A DNA stretch of 64,000 nt from an uncultured bacterium (GTDB lineage: Bacteria > Babelota > Babeliae > Babelales > RVW-14), in the NCBI GenBank assembly GCA_903825355.1, contig CAIKAH010000055.1:1353-65352 (forward strand). The letters run 5' to 3'. Both the position numbers and the translations under genes were made by a program. The notes under the pieces were generated by a model. The model saw only the letters and a list, made by a program, of their open reading frames with translations, was not told the DNA's origin and made no database searches. Each line of letters opens with the position of its first letter. The stretch's first letter is position 1. Positions 28,139 through 37,032 of this stretch are shown here, piece by piece.

Positions 28139-29188
28139 TCATCGCTTTAAGAAATAGACGTTCACGCCAAACAATTTTCTGGTTGCAAACAGCAATCCAA
28201 TGGATCCTGCGGCCACAGCGATCGTGTACACCCAATAGCCAATGCCATCGGCAAGCATGCCTTGCGTGCCAGCAGGCAAAAAGTGAGACCCCAACTGAGC
28301 AACGGCATAAGCACTAAGAGCACAGAGCAGAATCTGGATCACATAGCGCATTAAGAAGCGCGCGTACATCCCCGCATGAAAATTAACGTGGTGCTTTACC
28401 TTCAATAGTGAAAAGAGCGTAATTGACATAGCAATTGCCGAAATACTATTTGCTGCAGCAATCCCATCCGCACCCCAGTAGTACATCCCCACCAAGTCAC
28501 ACCCAATATTGATACTTGCACACAGCGCCGCTGCCTTGGTTGCCGACCAGGTGTCTTTGAGAGCGTAGAACATACTCAGCAGCACTTTGTTCAAGCAGAG
28601 GAACAAAAGCCCCACGAGGTACAAAATCAAAATCACCCCCCCCTGATGAATCTGTTCGGGCGTTGCTTTACCGTTGAGCAGAAACTCAAAGAGCGGCTCT
28701 GCAGTGATAATTAAAAAAATAGTCGCAGGAATAATGACCCAAGTAACCAATTTGGTGACCTCCAGCAAGTAGAATTGCAGCCGACGTGGCGCGTACAGCA
28801 CCAAGCGCGAAAAATGTGGCAAAAGCACACTAGACAACGCTACAGCAAACATCCCCAGCGGAATATTCATAAACCGCGCGCCGTAATACAGCAGCGATAC
28901 CGACCCTTTTGGCAAGTACGAAGCAATGCTCCCACTAATGAACATGTTCAGCTCAAAAATACTGACCCCAAACAAGCATGGCAAAAACTTGGTGAGGACT
29001 GTTTTAAAAGCTGCTTTGGCGGCTGTATCGATAGGAGCAAAGGTAAATCCTTCTAGGCGTAGGCTGGAAGCTTGTCGAATGGGCGAAGTCCGAATAGAAC
29101 GAAAACAAGCGGGGCAAGCTTTACGTAATCCCTCTTTCTTGGCTCTTTGGCCGGCGGCGTTCAGAACTTGTGTTCTGTATTTCGACAA
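28139..29188 (-). CDS. truncated MurJ paralog (C-terminal lobe only); intact ORF, but possibly a pseudogene
   Basis: The last ~300 aa align without gaps to residues ~215-518 of the full MurJ (31988..33544) at about 90% identity. The first ~50 codons and the only available start (TTG 29188) come from dispersed-repeat sequence. The next in-frame ATG is well inside the homologous region. Confidence 0.6.
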   Translation of the reverse strand: MSKYRTQVLNAAGQRAKKEGLRKACPACFRSIRTSPIRQASSLRLEGFTFAPIDTAAKAAFKTVLTKFLPCLFGVSIFELNMFISGSIASYLPKGSVSLLYYGARFMNIPLGMFAVALSSVLLPHFSRLVLYAPRRLQFYLLEVTKLVTWVIIPATIFLIITAEPLFEFLLNGKATPEQIHQGGVILILYLVGLLFLCLNKVLLSMFYALKDTWSATKAAALCASINIGCDLVGMYYWGADGIAAANSISAIAMSITLFSLLKVKHHVNFHAGMYARFLMRYVIQILLCALSAYAVAQLGSHFLPAGTQGMLADGIGYWVYTIAVAAGSIGLLFATRKLFGVNVYFLKR

Positions 29189-29205
29189 GCTCAGGCTGAG
29201 CGTGA
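29057..29205. repeat. dispersed composite palindromic repeat, copy A (both arms present)
   Basis: The left arm AGCTTGTCGAATGGGCGAAGTCC (29069-29091) is the exact reverse complement of 33590-33612. The right arm is TTCAGAACTTGTGTTCTGTATTTCGACAAGCTCAGGCTGAGCG, with the core at 29181-29202. Confidence 0.8.
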
Positions 29206-29528
29206 TTCAAAATTCCTCATGGTTTCAAAAGAGGTCTAATTTTAGACCTGCAAAAGCCTATTTTGCAAAAACAACAAAGCCTTTTTACCTCTAGATCATA
29301 CAGTAAGGCTTTTGTAAATAAGGTGATTTTTCTGATAAACGCTAAGATTTAAGATTAGAAAAAATAACCCCGAGATATTACGTGCCAATCTTGCATTCAT
29401 CGATCCAGGGTAGAAATTACTCACTAAAAAAGTATTTTTTGAGCCTTTTATCCATTTTTTTGCTTTTTTAAAATATTCAAATAGAATAATAAATCTATAT
29501 TGGCTAATTATTGAAAATGGAGCCTGCC

Positions 29529-31094
29529 ATGAATAAGTACTCTTTAACACATCTAGTAGTTGGTTTTTTGCTAGCACTTGCTAGCACTACATCACTTGAT
29601 GGTGCCAAAAAAAATCTTCTAAAGCGTGAGCATTCTTCTAGTCCCGTCTTGGTTGAAAACCCATTATTAAAGCACCGCAGAGTCGCACCACCAGCAGATG
29701 AGCTTATCGATGCACCATTGACCATTCAACCAAGCACAAATACTTTACCTGCACGAACCACTGTTCTTATGCAGCCTGCGCCGGCGGCACCGCAAATAAC
29801 AATGCCAATATTTTCTCGAACAATGCATCGCGAAGCTGCGACCGTCAGAACAACAACTTCAGGTGCTGCAGTTATTGCTTCATTGCCAGCAACAGTTCCT
29901 ACTGTAACGAATCTCATTGAGGATACAAAAACAGGTAACGTCTTGGCAGTAAAACACTTACTAAGCTCTGGCGCAGACGTCAACCAGGTAGATGATGAGG
30001 GCTTTACGGCCTTAATATGGGCAACCTGCAAAGGACACCTAAAAATCGTCCGCCTCCTACTCGATGCAGGCGCTGACCCAAACGCCACTTCTCGCAAACA
30101 GCGGGTTACAGCTTATATGTACGCTCATTTCTACAAAAAAATAGCCATTGCTCGCAGTCTAAAAGAGCACATAGTGCGCCAGTGTGGTGACAACGAAGAG
30201 CTAGCCAGATCCATCATGATACAGCAAGAACTTGCACTGATAGAATCTAGAGGAGCACGCTCCACGAAAGCCAATCTCTGCCCCATATTAACGCAAGAAA
30301 TAGCTCCAGTAATTGCTCAGGTCAGCGCAAAAATGGGAGGGCCTGAACACTTCACTATCAAGTATGACAACTCAATATCGCCATCTACTTGCCCCGCAAC
30401 AGAGACCATTTTCATTACATCCCAAGTAATCAGACAGCTGCTGACAAATATTCCAGAAGGTAAAAAAGAACAGTATAGCGCTATTTTTGCTGACATAATT
30501 GCACACGAAATTGGTCATAACATTGATCCAGAGTGGCACCAAACCAAAGCGGTAATGGAAAACCGAAATACCTTTTTTAAAAAATTATTGTCCAGATTAA
30601 CTACCTTAAACCTCAGTGTTCCAGCTCTTCTCTTAGCACTTGCACACAGTGACACACATATCGAACTCGCAACAGCTGTTTTTACAGGAGCCATGTGCGG
30701 CTCGACAGCGCTAGTAGCACTTAACCAATTAAACAATCTTAGACTTCAACGTAAGTTAGAATACAACGCCGATCGTTTATCTTTAACGGGCGGAGAAGAT
30801 GTAGCTACCGCTCCCGCACGATGGGCTGAGCTATTCAAAAATGCAGAAAGGTACATGCACGACTTGATAAAAACAGATTGTGCTAACGCTCTCTCACAAG
30901 CGAAAGATGCTTTCGTACAAAAATCACCATCAATGCTTTGGGAAGCCACGAAAACAGCAGGACTTGCCGGCTGTAAGTGGCTTTATATGCACGGGCCAAA
31001 TTGGATTAGAATTCACCCTCATGATGAAAAACGCATTAAACACATTCAAAAACATGCTAAACTCATGACTGGGGCAGCGAATGCTGCCGAGTAA
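29529..31094 (+). CDS. secreted ankyrin-repeat + M48-family zinc metallopeptidase fusion protein
   Basis: ATG 29529 has GGAG 6 nt upstream (the ORF track starts at TTG 29511). Signal peptide (LVVGFLLALASTTSLDGA). Two ANK repeats (GNVLAVKHLLSSGADVNQVDDEGFTALIWATCKGHLKIVRLLLDAGADPNA). HEIGH at 30504-30518, two hydrophobic helices, EYNAD, and a C-terminal IHPHDEKRI. This is the HExxH / ExxAD / HPxxxxRI triad of M48 peptidases. Confidence 0.8.
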   Translation: MNKYSLTHLVVGFLLALASTTSLDGAKKNLLKREHSSSPVLVENPLLKHRRVAPPADELIDAPLTIQPSTNTLPARTTVLMQPAPAAPQITMPIFSRTMHREAATVRTTTSGAAVIASLPATVPTVTNLIEDTKTGNVLAVKHLLSSGADVNQVDDEGFTALIWATCKGHLKIVRLLLDAGADPNATSRKQRVTAYMYAHFYKKIAIARSLKEHIVRQCGDNEELARSIMIQQELALIESRGARSTKANLCPILTQEIAPVIAQVSAKMGGPEHFTIKYDNSISPSTCPATETIFITSQVIRQLLTNIPEGKKEQYSAIFADIIAHEIGHNIDPEWHQTKAVMENRNTFFKKLLSRLTTLNLSVPALLLALAHSDTHIELATAVFTGAMCGSTALVALNQLNNLRLQRKLEYNADRLSLTGGEDVATAPARWAELFKNAERYMHDLIKTDCANALSQAKDAFVQKSPSMLWEATKTAGLAGCKWLYMHGPNWIRIHPHDEKRIKHIQKHAKLMTGAANAAE

Positions 31095-31122
31095 TAGCTT
31101 TTTTAATTCAATGCCTGAGAGC

Positions 31123-31656
31123 TCATATCGCTAATACTGAATACCCCCAAGGTCCATATTGATACTCCATAGCCGCCGGGGCGCAAGCACCAAGCCAATG
31201 GCGCTGGCCACGCTGCTTATCACCCCCGCAAGGAATAACAGCCGCAGCCTTGCAGTCATCACATTTAATAGCAAATTCACGCGCTTGCCGCTGCATAAAT
31301 TCATCTATTTCTTCAACCGCTCCTACTTGATACACCGTTTTCATCACAACTAGAGGGGCTACACAAATTTTCAAATCGCTAGCTTCGCAGGCAAGCCCAG
31401 AAAGTACTTTATAAAATAAGGCTAATAAAACATGTGCATAAGATGTGGGTCGCATGCAGCTCGTACAGATAACTGTTGCTTTTCTACCTGGAAATCGTTT
31501 GTTTTCAAAATCCCAACAAGTATTCATAATTTCCTGACTTTCCGCGCCAGCCACCTCAAGCCGTTCCAAATACCATTGCGGATGGGGTGATATTGAAAAA
31601 CTGCTTAGGCTGCCCATACAACAAATTATAAATGCAAAAATTGCAAAACGTTTCAT
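31123..31656 (-). CDS. secreted Cys-rich protein, paralog of 31676..31945
   Basis: Signal peptide (FAIFAFIICCMGSLSSFS), about 12 Cys. Shares the pattern CxxC-x(~27)-VAP-x(~30)-CxxCK-x(2-5)-PC with the neighbouring small ORF. Confidence 0.6.
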   Translation of the reverse strand: MKRFAIFAFIICCMGSLSSFSISPHPQWYLERLEVAGAESQEIMNTCWDFENKRFPGRKATVICTSCMRPTSYAHVLLALFYKVLSGLACEASDLKICVAPLVVMKTVYQVGAVEEIDEFMQRQAREFAIKCDDCKAAAVIPCGGDKQRGQRHWLGACAPAAMEYQYGPWGYSVLAI

Positions 31657-31675
31657 CCCTTACCCCCCTCTTGTC

Positions 31676-31945
31676 CTACAAACTTTCTCCCTTATCCTCT
31701 ATCCGCTGCTCTATTACTGCATTCCAGCATGGCACTTTTTTGCATCCAGGACATTCTAAATGAAAGCCATTTGCTAGAGCAAGCATCGCACTATCTAGCG
31801 GCCCTCTGGTCATAAACTTCATTTTTAGTGCCTCTATCACTACTGGAATCAAATGCGGTGCAACATACTTGGCTAATTCTATCGCTAGTGAAACAAATAG
31901 CTCAACGCCATCAACTTTTCTTGCACACATACTGCACTCTATCAT
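31676..31945 (-). CDS. small four-Cys protein without a signal peptide
   Basis: 89 aa: CSMC ... YVAP ... CPGCKKVPC. Lies 43 nt downstream of murJ on the same strand. No clear SD. Confidence 0.5.
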   Translation of the reverse strand: MIECSMCARKVDGVELFVSLAIELAKYVAPHLIPVVIEALKMKFMTRGPLDSAMLALANGFHLECPGCKKVPCWNAVIEQRIEDKGESL

Positions 31946-31987
31946 GTTTACAGCTGGCAGGTAAAATCTCTAGTTACTTATTCATTT

Positions 31988-33544
31988 TTACCGCTTTAAA
32001 AAATACACATTTACGCCAAATAGCCGCCGGGTCACAAACAGCAACCCAATAGCACCAGCAGCAATAGAGATGGTATACACCCAGTAGCCAATGCCAGCGG
32101 CAAACATGCCTTGCGCTGCGATAGGCAACACTTTGCAAGCAAGATACGCAAGAACATAAGCGCCCAAGGCACATAGCAGAATTTGGGCCACATAGCGCAT
32201 TAAGAACAACGCATATGGCTTGAGGTGAAAATTAACGTGGTGCTTTACTTTCAAAAGAGAAAAAAGCGTAATTGACATAGCAATTGCCGAAATACTGTTA
32301 GCAGCTGCGATCCCATCGGCACCCCAATAGTACATTCCCACCAAGTCACACAAAATATTTATACTCGCACACAGCGCTGCCGCTTTGGTCGCAGACCAGG
32401 TATCTTTAAGAGCATAAAACATACTGAGCAGTACTTTGTTCAAACAGAGGAACAGCAAGCCAACCAAGTACAAAATTAAAATCATGCCACCCTGATGAAT
32501 TTGATCGGGCGTAGCCTTGCCATTGAGCAGAAATTCGAAAAGCGGCTCAGCCGTGATAATTAAAAATATAGTTGCAGGAATAATAACCCAGGTAACAAGC
32601 TTGGTTACTTCAAGCAGGTAAAAGTGGAGGCGACGCGGGGCATATAATACCAAGCGAGAAAAGTGTGGCAGCAGCACACTGGAAAGGGCCACTGCAAACA
32701 TACCAAGGGGAATATTCATGAATCGAGACCCATAGTACAGCAACGAAACCGAACCTTTTGGCAAGTACGAAGCAATGCTCCCACTGATGAACATGTTAAG
32801 TTCAAATATGCTTACGCCAAACAGACAGGGCAAAAATTTAGTTAGCACTGTCTTAAATGCAGCTTTTGCCGCCGGATCAATGACGCCAAACGTGAACCCT
32901 TGCTTAAAATACATAAATAGGTGCAGCAAAAACTGCACAAAGGCCCCAAAAATAATCCCTCCACACAAATACGTTGCTGGAAGCTGATAGCCCAAACACA
33001 ACAACAACGTGCCTATAAAAATCACATTCCAGAGAGGCGTGCCCAGCGCAGGAATAAAGAAATGATTTACTGAATGCAAAGCCCCACCAAGGAGCGCACA
33101 GCTGGAAATAAAGAGCAGGAATGAAAATAAAATTTGTACAAACGGGATGGCATAGCCAATTTGCTCAGCAGAGAACCCTGGTGCAACCACATTGATAACC
33201 CAATCGGCTTTGAGTAACACAAAACCGTACATCAGGAGAATGATGCCTTCAAAGAACAAAAATGAAAGCGTCATGAGCCCACTGGCCTCGCGCTTGTTAT
33301 TTTCTTTGACTGTTTTGACAATAACCGGCACAAACGAAGCGCTCAGCGCGCCTTCGGCAAAAACATGCCTGAAAAAATTGGGAATGCGAAATGCTGCAAT
33401 AAATGCATCAGATACGGCACCTACGCCAAAATAGCGTACCATTAAAAATTCTCGCATTACGCCAAGAATACGGCTAAAAAAAGTCAGAATAGCTACCTGA
33501 ATAGTCTTACGGACAATTGATCGTTTGCTGAGCTGCTGACTCAT
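31988..33544 (-). CDS. murJ: lipid II flippase MurJ (MviN)
   Basis: 518 aa, about 14 TM. N-terminal FSRILGVMREFLMVRYFGVG..SDAFIAAFRIPNFFR is the MurJ/MviN signature. Confidence 0.92.
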   Translation of the reverse strand: MSQQLSKRSIVRKTIQVAILTFFSRILGVMREFLMVRYFGVGAVSDAFIAAFRIPNFFRHVFAEGALSASFVPVIVKTVKENNKREASGLMTLSFLFFEGIILLMYGFVLLKADWVINVVAPGFSAEQIGYAIPFVQILFSFLLFISSCALLGGALHSVNHFFIPALGTPLWNVIFIGTLLLCLGYQLPATYLCGGIIFGAFVQFLLHLFMYFKQGFTFGVIDPAAKAAFKTVLTKFLPCLFGVSIFELNMFISGSIASYLPKGSVSLLYYGSRFMNIPLGMFAVALSSVLLPHFSRLVLYAPRRLHFYLLEVTKLVTWVIIPATIFLIITAEPLFEFLLNGKATPDQIHQGGMILILYLVGLLFLCLNKVLLSMFYALKDTWSATKAAALCASINILCDLVGMYYWGADGIAAANSISAIAMSITLFSLLKVKHHVNFHLKPYALFLMRYVAQILLCALGAYVLAYLACKVLPIAAQGMFAAGIGYWVYTISIAAGAIGLLFVTRRLFGVNVYFLKR

Positions 33545-33566
33545 GCGACTCCCCTTAAAGAATTTA

Positions 33567-33630
33567 GGCCCGCTCTTTTTAGCCCCAATGGACTTCGCCC
33601 ATTCGACAAGCTCAGGGTGTGAGCGGGATA
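33567..33630. repeat. dispersed composite repeat, copy B (in the lolD-murJ spacer)
   Basis: GGCCCGCTCTTTTTAGCCCCAATGGACTTCGCCCATTCGACAAGCTCAGGGTGTGAGCGGGAT, with the core at 33602-33627. Confidence 0.8.
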
Positions 33631-33654
33631 AAAAATAGACGCTGATAGCTTAAA

Positions 33655-34341
33655 TTATTTAGGGGGCTGGTCAAGCAAAAGAGCACCGTGCTCAAGCACA
33701 TAAACTATCTCCATGCGACGGTAGACTGCAGCGTCATGCGAACAGATAACCACACCCATTCCCTCGGTTTTATTTGCTTCAAGCAAAATATCAACCACCA
33801 ACTGAGCATTGTCTTCATCTAAATTGCCGGTAGGCTCATCGGCGAGCAAAAATGCTGGCTTATTGAAAAGCGCACGCGCAAGAGCAACGCGTTGTTGCTG
33901 CCCCCCAGAAAGTTCTGGCGGGAAGGCCTGTGCTTTATCACTCAGTCCAATCAGCTGTAGCAGTGCATGTGCTCGCTCCTTGCATAGATCATCAGAAAGC
34001 CCTTTTACACGCCCAGGGAGCATAATATTTTGAATGATGGGCAGTTCATTAACCAAATAATGAGCCTGAAAGGCAAACCCTATCGTATTTTGCAAAAACT
34101 CACGCCCCAAAGATGCAATCGATATATCATTAAGAAGGACCTCTCCTTGAGTGGGAACATCCAAACCACCAAGCAGGTGCAAAAGCGTAGACTTACCACT
34201 CCCTGAAACACCACGAATAGCATAGGTTTTCCCTTGCTGAAAAGAGCAGGATATCTTTTCAAAAACGGGTCCCGCCTGTGCAGAGGATTCATATATTTTT
34301 TTTACCGACTTGAGGACTAGATTTTTTACTAAATTGGCCAT
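33655..34341 (-). CDS. ABC transporter ATP-binding protein (LolD/MacB/FtsE-like subfamily)
   Basis: Walker A GVSGSGKST, signature LSGGQQQRVALARAL, Walker B LLADEPTGNLD. About 228 aa. No permease gene is adjacent. Confidence 0.85.
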   Translation of the reverse strand: MANLVKNLVLKSVKKIYESSAQAGPVFEKISCSFQQGKTYAIRGVSGSGKSTLLHLLGGLDVPTQGEVLLNDISIASLGREFLQNTIGFAFQAHYLVNELPIIQNIMLPGRVKGLSDDLCKERAHALLQLIGLSDKAQAFPPELSGGQQQRVALARALFNKPAFLLADEPTGNLDEDNAQLVVDILLEANKTEGMGVVICSHDAAVYRRMEIVYVLEHGALLLDQPPK

Positions 34342-34399
34342 AGGATCTCTTTCATTATGCCTGCATTTTATGCCTTACATTCGCATAAGCTACTAAATC

Positions 34400-34429
34400 T
34401 TGCAACCCAAATCCAAAATCTTCTACTAT
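34400..34429 (+). promoter_or_regulatory. candidate sigma-70 promoter for lon
   Basis: TTGCAA (34400-34405), 18-nt spacer, TACTAT (34424-34429), about 125 nt upstream of the lon ATG, which has a strong GAGGGGAGGGGG SD. Confidence 0.3.
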
Positions 34430-34554
34430 GACAATAGGACACCGCAGCAAACCTTGCAGGTTGTGCCTTCTACCAAAGAATACCATTTTTTGGCAGCATG
34501 GTACGCGGGCAATCAATATAATCTGCGCATAATTTATGAGGGGAGGGGGAACTT

Positions 34555-36915
34555 ATGTCACTTCAAAATCGCGACCATAACGCCGAAACAGATATACCTA
34601 ACATCTTACCAGTGGTACCAACCATAGATGTAGTTGTATTTCCGCACATGGTAGTACCACTACTTATCTTGGACGAAAAAATTATTAAAGGCGTTGAGGC
34701 TGCACTGCAGGGGAATAAAAAGATTTTACTCCTGGCTGCACGCCAACAAACGGCAGACTATCATGGTCCGATTGGAATCCACGATTTGTATCAAATGGGC
34801 ACTGTAAGCACCATCATGCGTGTTATGCACTTACCTGATGGCGGAATTAAAGTGCTAACACAAGGAACATGCAAAGCGCATGTAACTGAAGTTATTTCAG
34901 ATCAAGAGTTATTGCAAGCACGTGTCAATGTTATTAGCCCTGAAGAAGGACTCCAAGTAGAACAAGATGTGATTGATCTGCATATCAAAAATTTATTAGC
35001 TATTGTTGAACGTATGGCGAGTAGTGGTCGTATGTTTAGCCAAGACTTTCAAGTAATTTTAGCCCAAATTCAAGACCCTGAGCGCATCGCAGACTTCATT
35101 CTCTCTCACCTCAATCTTAATGTTGCCCAAGCACAGGTACTTTTAGAAAAAGAAAACATCGCGCTTCTACTCGAAGGTATTTACAACTTCTTGCATACAG
35201 AATATGAAATGAACTCTATGCAAGAACGCATTCGTAGCAATGCACGTGATTCTATCAATAAATCACAACGAGAATATTACCTGCGTGAACAACTGAAGGC
35301 TATTCAAAAAGAACTTGGCGAAGAAGGCGATATTGAAATTGATGACCTCAAAGAAAAGATTGATAAGCTTGCTCTTTCGCCAGAAGCGCGCGTGGAGGTT
35401 CAACGTCAAATGCGCCGCTTAGAGAAAACGCCACCAGATTCAATGGAAGCAACGGTAATTCGTAACTACCTTGAGTGGGTAGTGGCAATGCCATGGGGCC
35501 ATCAAACTAAAGATCATACCAGCATTGAGCATGCAAAATCAGTGCTCGACAAGCACCACTATGGGCTAGAAGAGGTCAAAGACCGCATTCTAGATTTCTT
35601 GTCAGTACGTTTTTTAAAACAAGATTGCCACACACCAATTTTATGTTTATTTGGTCCACCTGGCGTTGGCAAAACATCATTGGGTCAATCAATTGCAGAA
35701 TGCCTAGGTAGAAATTTTTTTAGAGTTTCGCTTGGCGGCGTATACGATGAATCAGAAATTCGTGGCCACCGCCGCACCTATGTTGGTGCTATGCCAGGTC
35801 GCTTTATTCAAGCTGTCCGCAAAGCAGCTAGCATAAACCCTGTCTTGGTAATCGATGAAATCGACAAAATTGGCATGTCAAACCGAGGAGACCCATCAGC
35901 AGCACTCCTAGAAGTGCTTGACCCTGAACAAAATGCTGATTTTTATGACAACTACCTAGGAGTACATTTTGATTTATCTAAAGTAATGTTTATTGCCACC
36001 GCCAACGATTTAGGCAGCATCCCTGGCCCATTACGCGACCGCATGGAAATTATTCAAATTTCTGGCTATACAGAAGAAGAAAAATTAGAAATTGCGCGTA
36101 CCCATTTAGTACCAAAAGCAGTACGCAATTGCGGCCTTGAAGGTAAAACTTTTGAACTTGCCGACAGCACGCTCCGCATGGTAATTCATAATTACACCCG
36201 TGAAGCAGGGGTACGTGATTTAGAACGCAACATCCAAAAACTTTGCTCTAAATTTGCACGTGCATTGGTTGAGACCAATAAGAGCCCCATTATTACAACC
36301 GAAAATCTACACGAATATCTTGGCCCATCAAAAATCAGCAGTGAAACAATTACTCTGGGGCATAAAATTGGGGTTACCAACGGCCTTGCATGGACACCAT
36401 ATGGTGGCGATGTGCTGCAAGTAGAAGCGGTGCTGATGCCTGGCAGCGGGAAACTCTTACTTACCGGGCAACTTGGTGATGTAATGAAAGAATCAGCACA
36501 AGCTGCCATGACATATGCAAAATCGCATGCAGATATTTTTGGGATTGGAGCAAAATTCTTTACAGAATATGACCTCCACATTCACCTGCCCGCGGGAGCC
36601 ATTCCAAAAGATGGCCCATCTGCAGGCATAACCTTGCTATCATCAATCCTCTCGGCATACACAAATCGTGCAATTAACGGCGAATTTGCAATGACAGGGG
36701 AGCTCAATTTACGTGGAGAAGTACTACCGATTGGTGGATTAAAAGAAAAAATCTTGGCCGCTAAACAGCATGGCCTTAAAAATATCATTATTCCTAAATC
36801 AAACCAAAAGGATCTTGCCGGCATGGATAAACTCTTTGAAGGCTTACAGATTCTATTTGTCGATAATGTCAGCGAAGTGCTTGATCACGTGCTGATGCCT
36901 CACATAATACGCTAA
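34555..36915 (+). CDS. lon: ATP-dependent Lon protease
   Basis: LON N-domain (LPVVPTIDVVVFPHMVVPL), AAA+ Walker A GPPGVGKTS, proteolytic site PKDGPSAG with downstream Lys. Confidence 0.96.
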   Translation: MSLQNRDHNAETDIPNILPVVPTIDVVVFPHMVVPLLILDEKIIKGVEAALQGNKKILLLAARQQTADYHGPIGIHDLYQMGTVSTIMRVMHLPDGGIKVLTQGTCKAHVTEVISDQELLQARVNVISPEEGLQVEQDVIDLHIKNLLAIVERMASSGRMFSQDFQVILAQIQDPERIADFILSHLNLNVAQAQVLLEKENIALLLEGIYNFLHTEYEMNSMQERIRSNARDSINKSQREYYLREQLKAIQKELGEEGDIEIDDLKEKIDKLALSPEARVEVQRQMRRLEKTPPDSMEATVIRNYLEWVVAMPWGHQTKDHTSIEHAKSVLDKHHYGLEEVKDRILDFLSVRFLKQDCHTPILCLFGPPGVGKTSLGQSIAECLGRNFFRVSLGGVYDESEIRGHRRTYVGAMPGRFIQAVRKAASINPVLVIDEIDKIGMSNRGDPSAALLEVLDPEQNADFYDNYLGVHFDLSKVMFIATANDLGSIPGPLRDRMEIIQISGYTEEEKLEIARTHLVPKAVRNCGLEGKTFELADSTLRMVIHNYTREAGVRDLERNIQKLCSKFARALVETNKSPIITTENLHEYLGPSKISSETITLGHKIGVTNGLAWTPYGGDVLQVEAVLMPGSGKLLLTGQLGDVMKESAQAAMTYAKSHADIFGIGAKFFTEYDLHIHLPAGAIPKDGPSAGITLLSSILSAYTNRAINGEFAMTGELNLRGEVLPIGGLKEKILAAKQHGLKNIIIPKSNQKDLAGMDKLFEGLQILFVDNVSEVLDHVLMPHIIR

Positions 36916-36931
36916 ACGTATTTCTTTTTTG

Positions 36932-36968
36932 ACGGGCTGCTGGGGGAAAAGCAGTCCGTTTCTTTTTT
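36932..36968 (+). terminator. rho-independent terminator of lon
   Basis: ACGGGCTGCT / AGCAGTCCGT stem (one mismatch), 8-nt loop, then TTCTTTTTT. Confidence 0.75.
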
Positions 36969-37032
36969 AAACCAATATCAAGCTTATTTCAAAGCTCTAG
37001 CAAAAGGTATAAACATACTAGACTGATGCGAT

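Noticed and set aside
28926-29294. ORFs translating the dispersed repeats (28926..29294 +, 36984..37169 -, 45939..46172 -, 45991..46260 +)
   Set aside because: They exist only because the repeat modules lack stops. The same peptide strings (FDKLRLS, AHPELVEE, VSLSKH) recur wherever a repeat copy lies. They are treated as repeat sequence, not genes.
29296-29577. 93-aa minus-strand ORF between the half-murJ and the ANK-M48 gene
   Set aside because: It lies in an AT-rich promoter-like spacer, overlaps the ANK-M48 start, and has a Phe/Lys/Asn/Ile-rich composition typical of random AT-rich ORFs.
34342-34554. Heat-shock operator (CIRCE) or sigma-32 promoter upstream of lon
   Set aside because: No TTAGCACTC-N9-GAGTGCTAA-like inverted repeat and no CTTGAA/CCCCAT pair are present. 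Only a generic sigma-70-like match was found.
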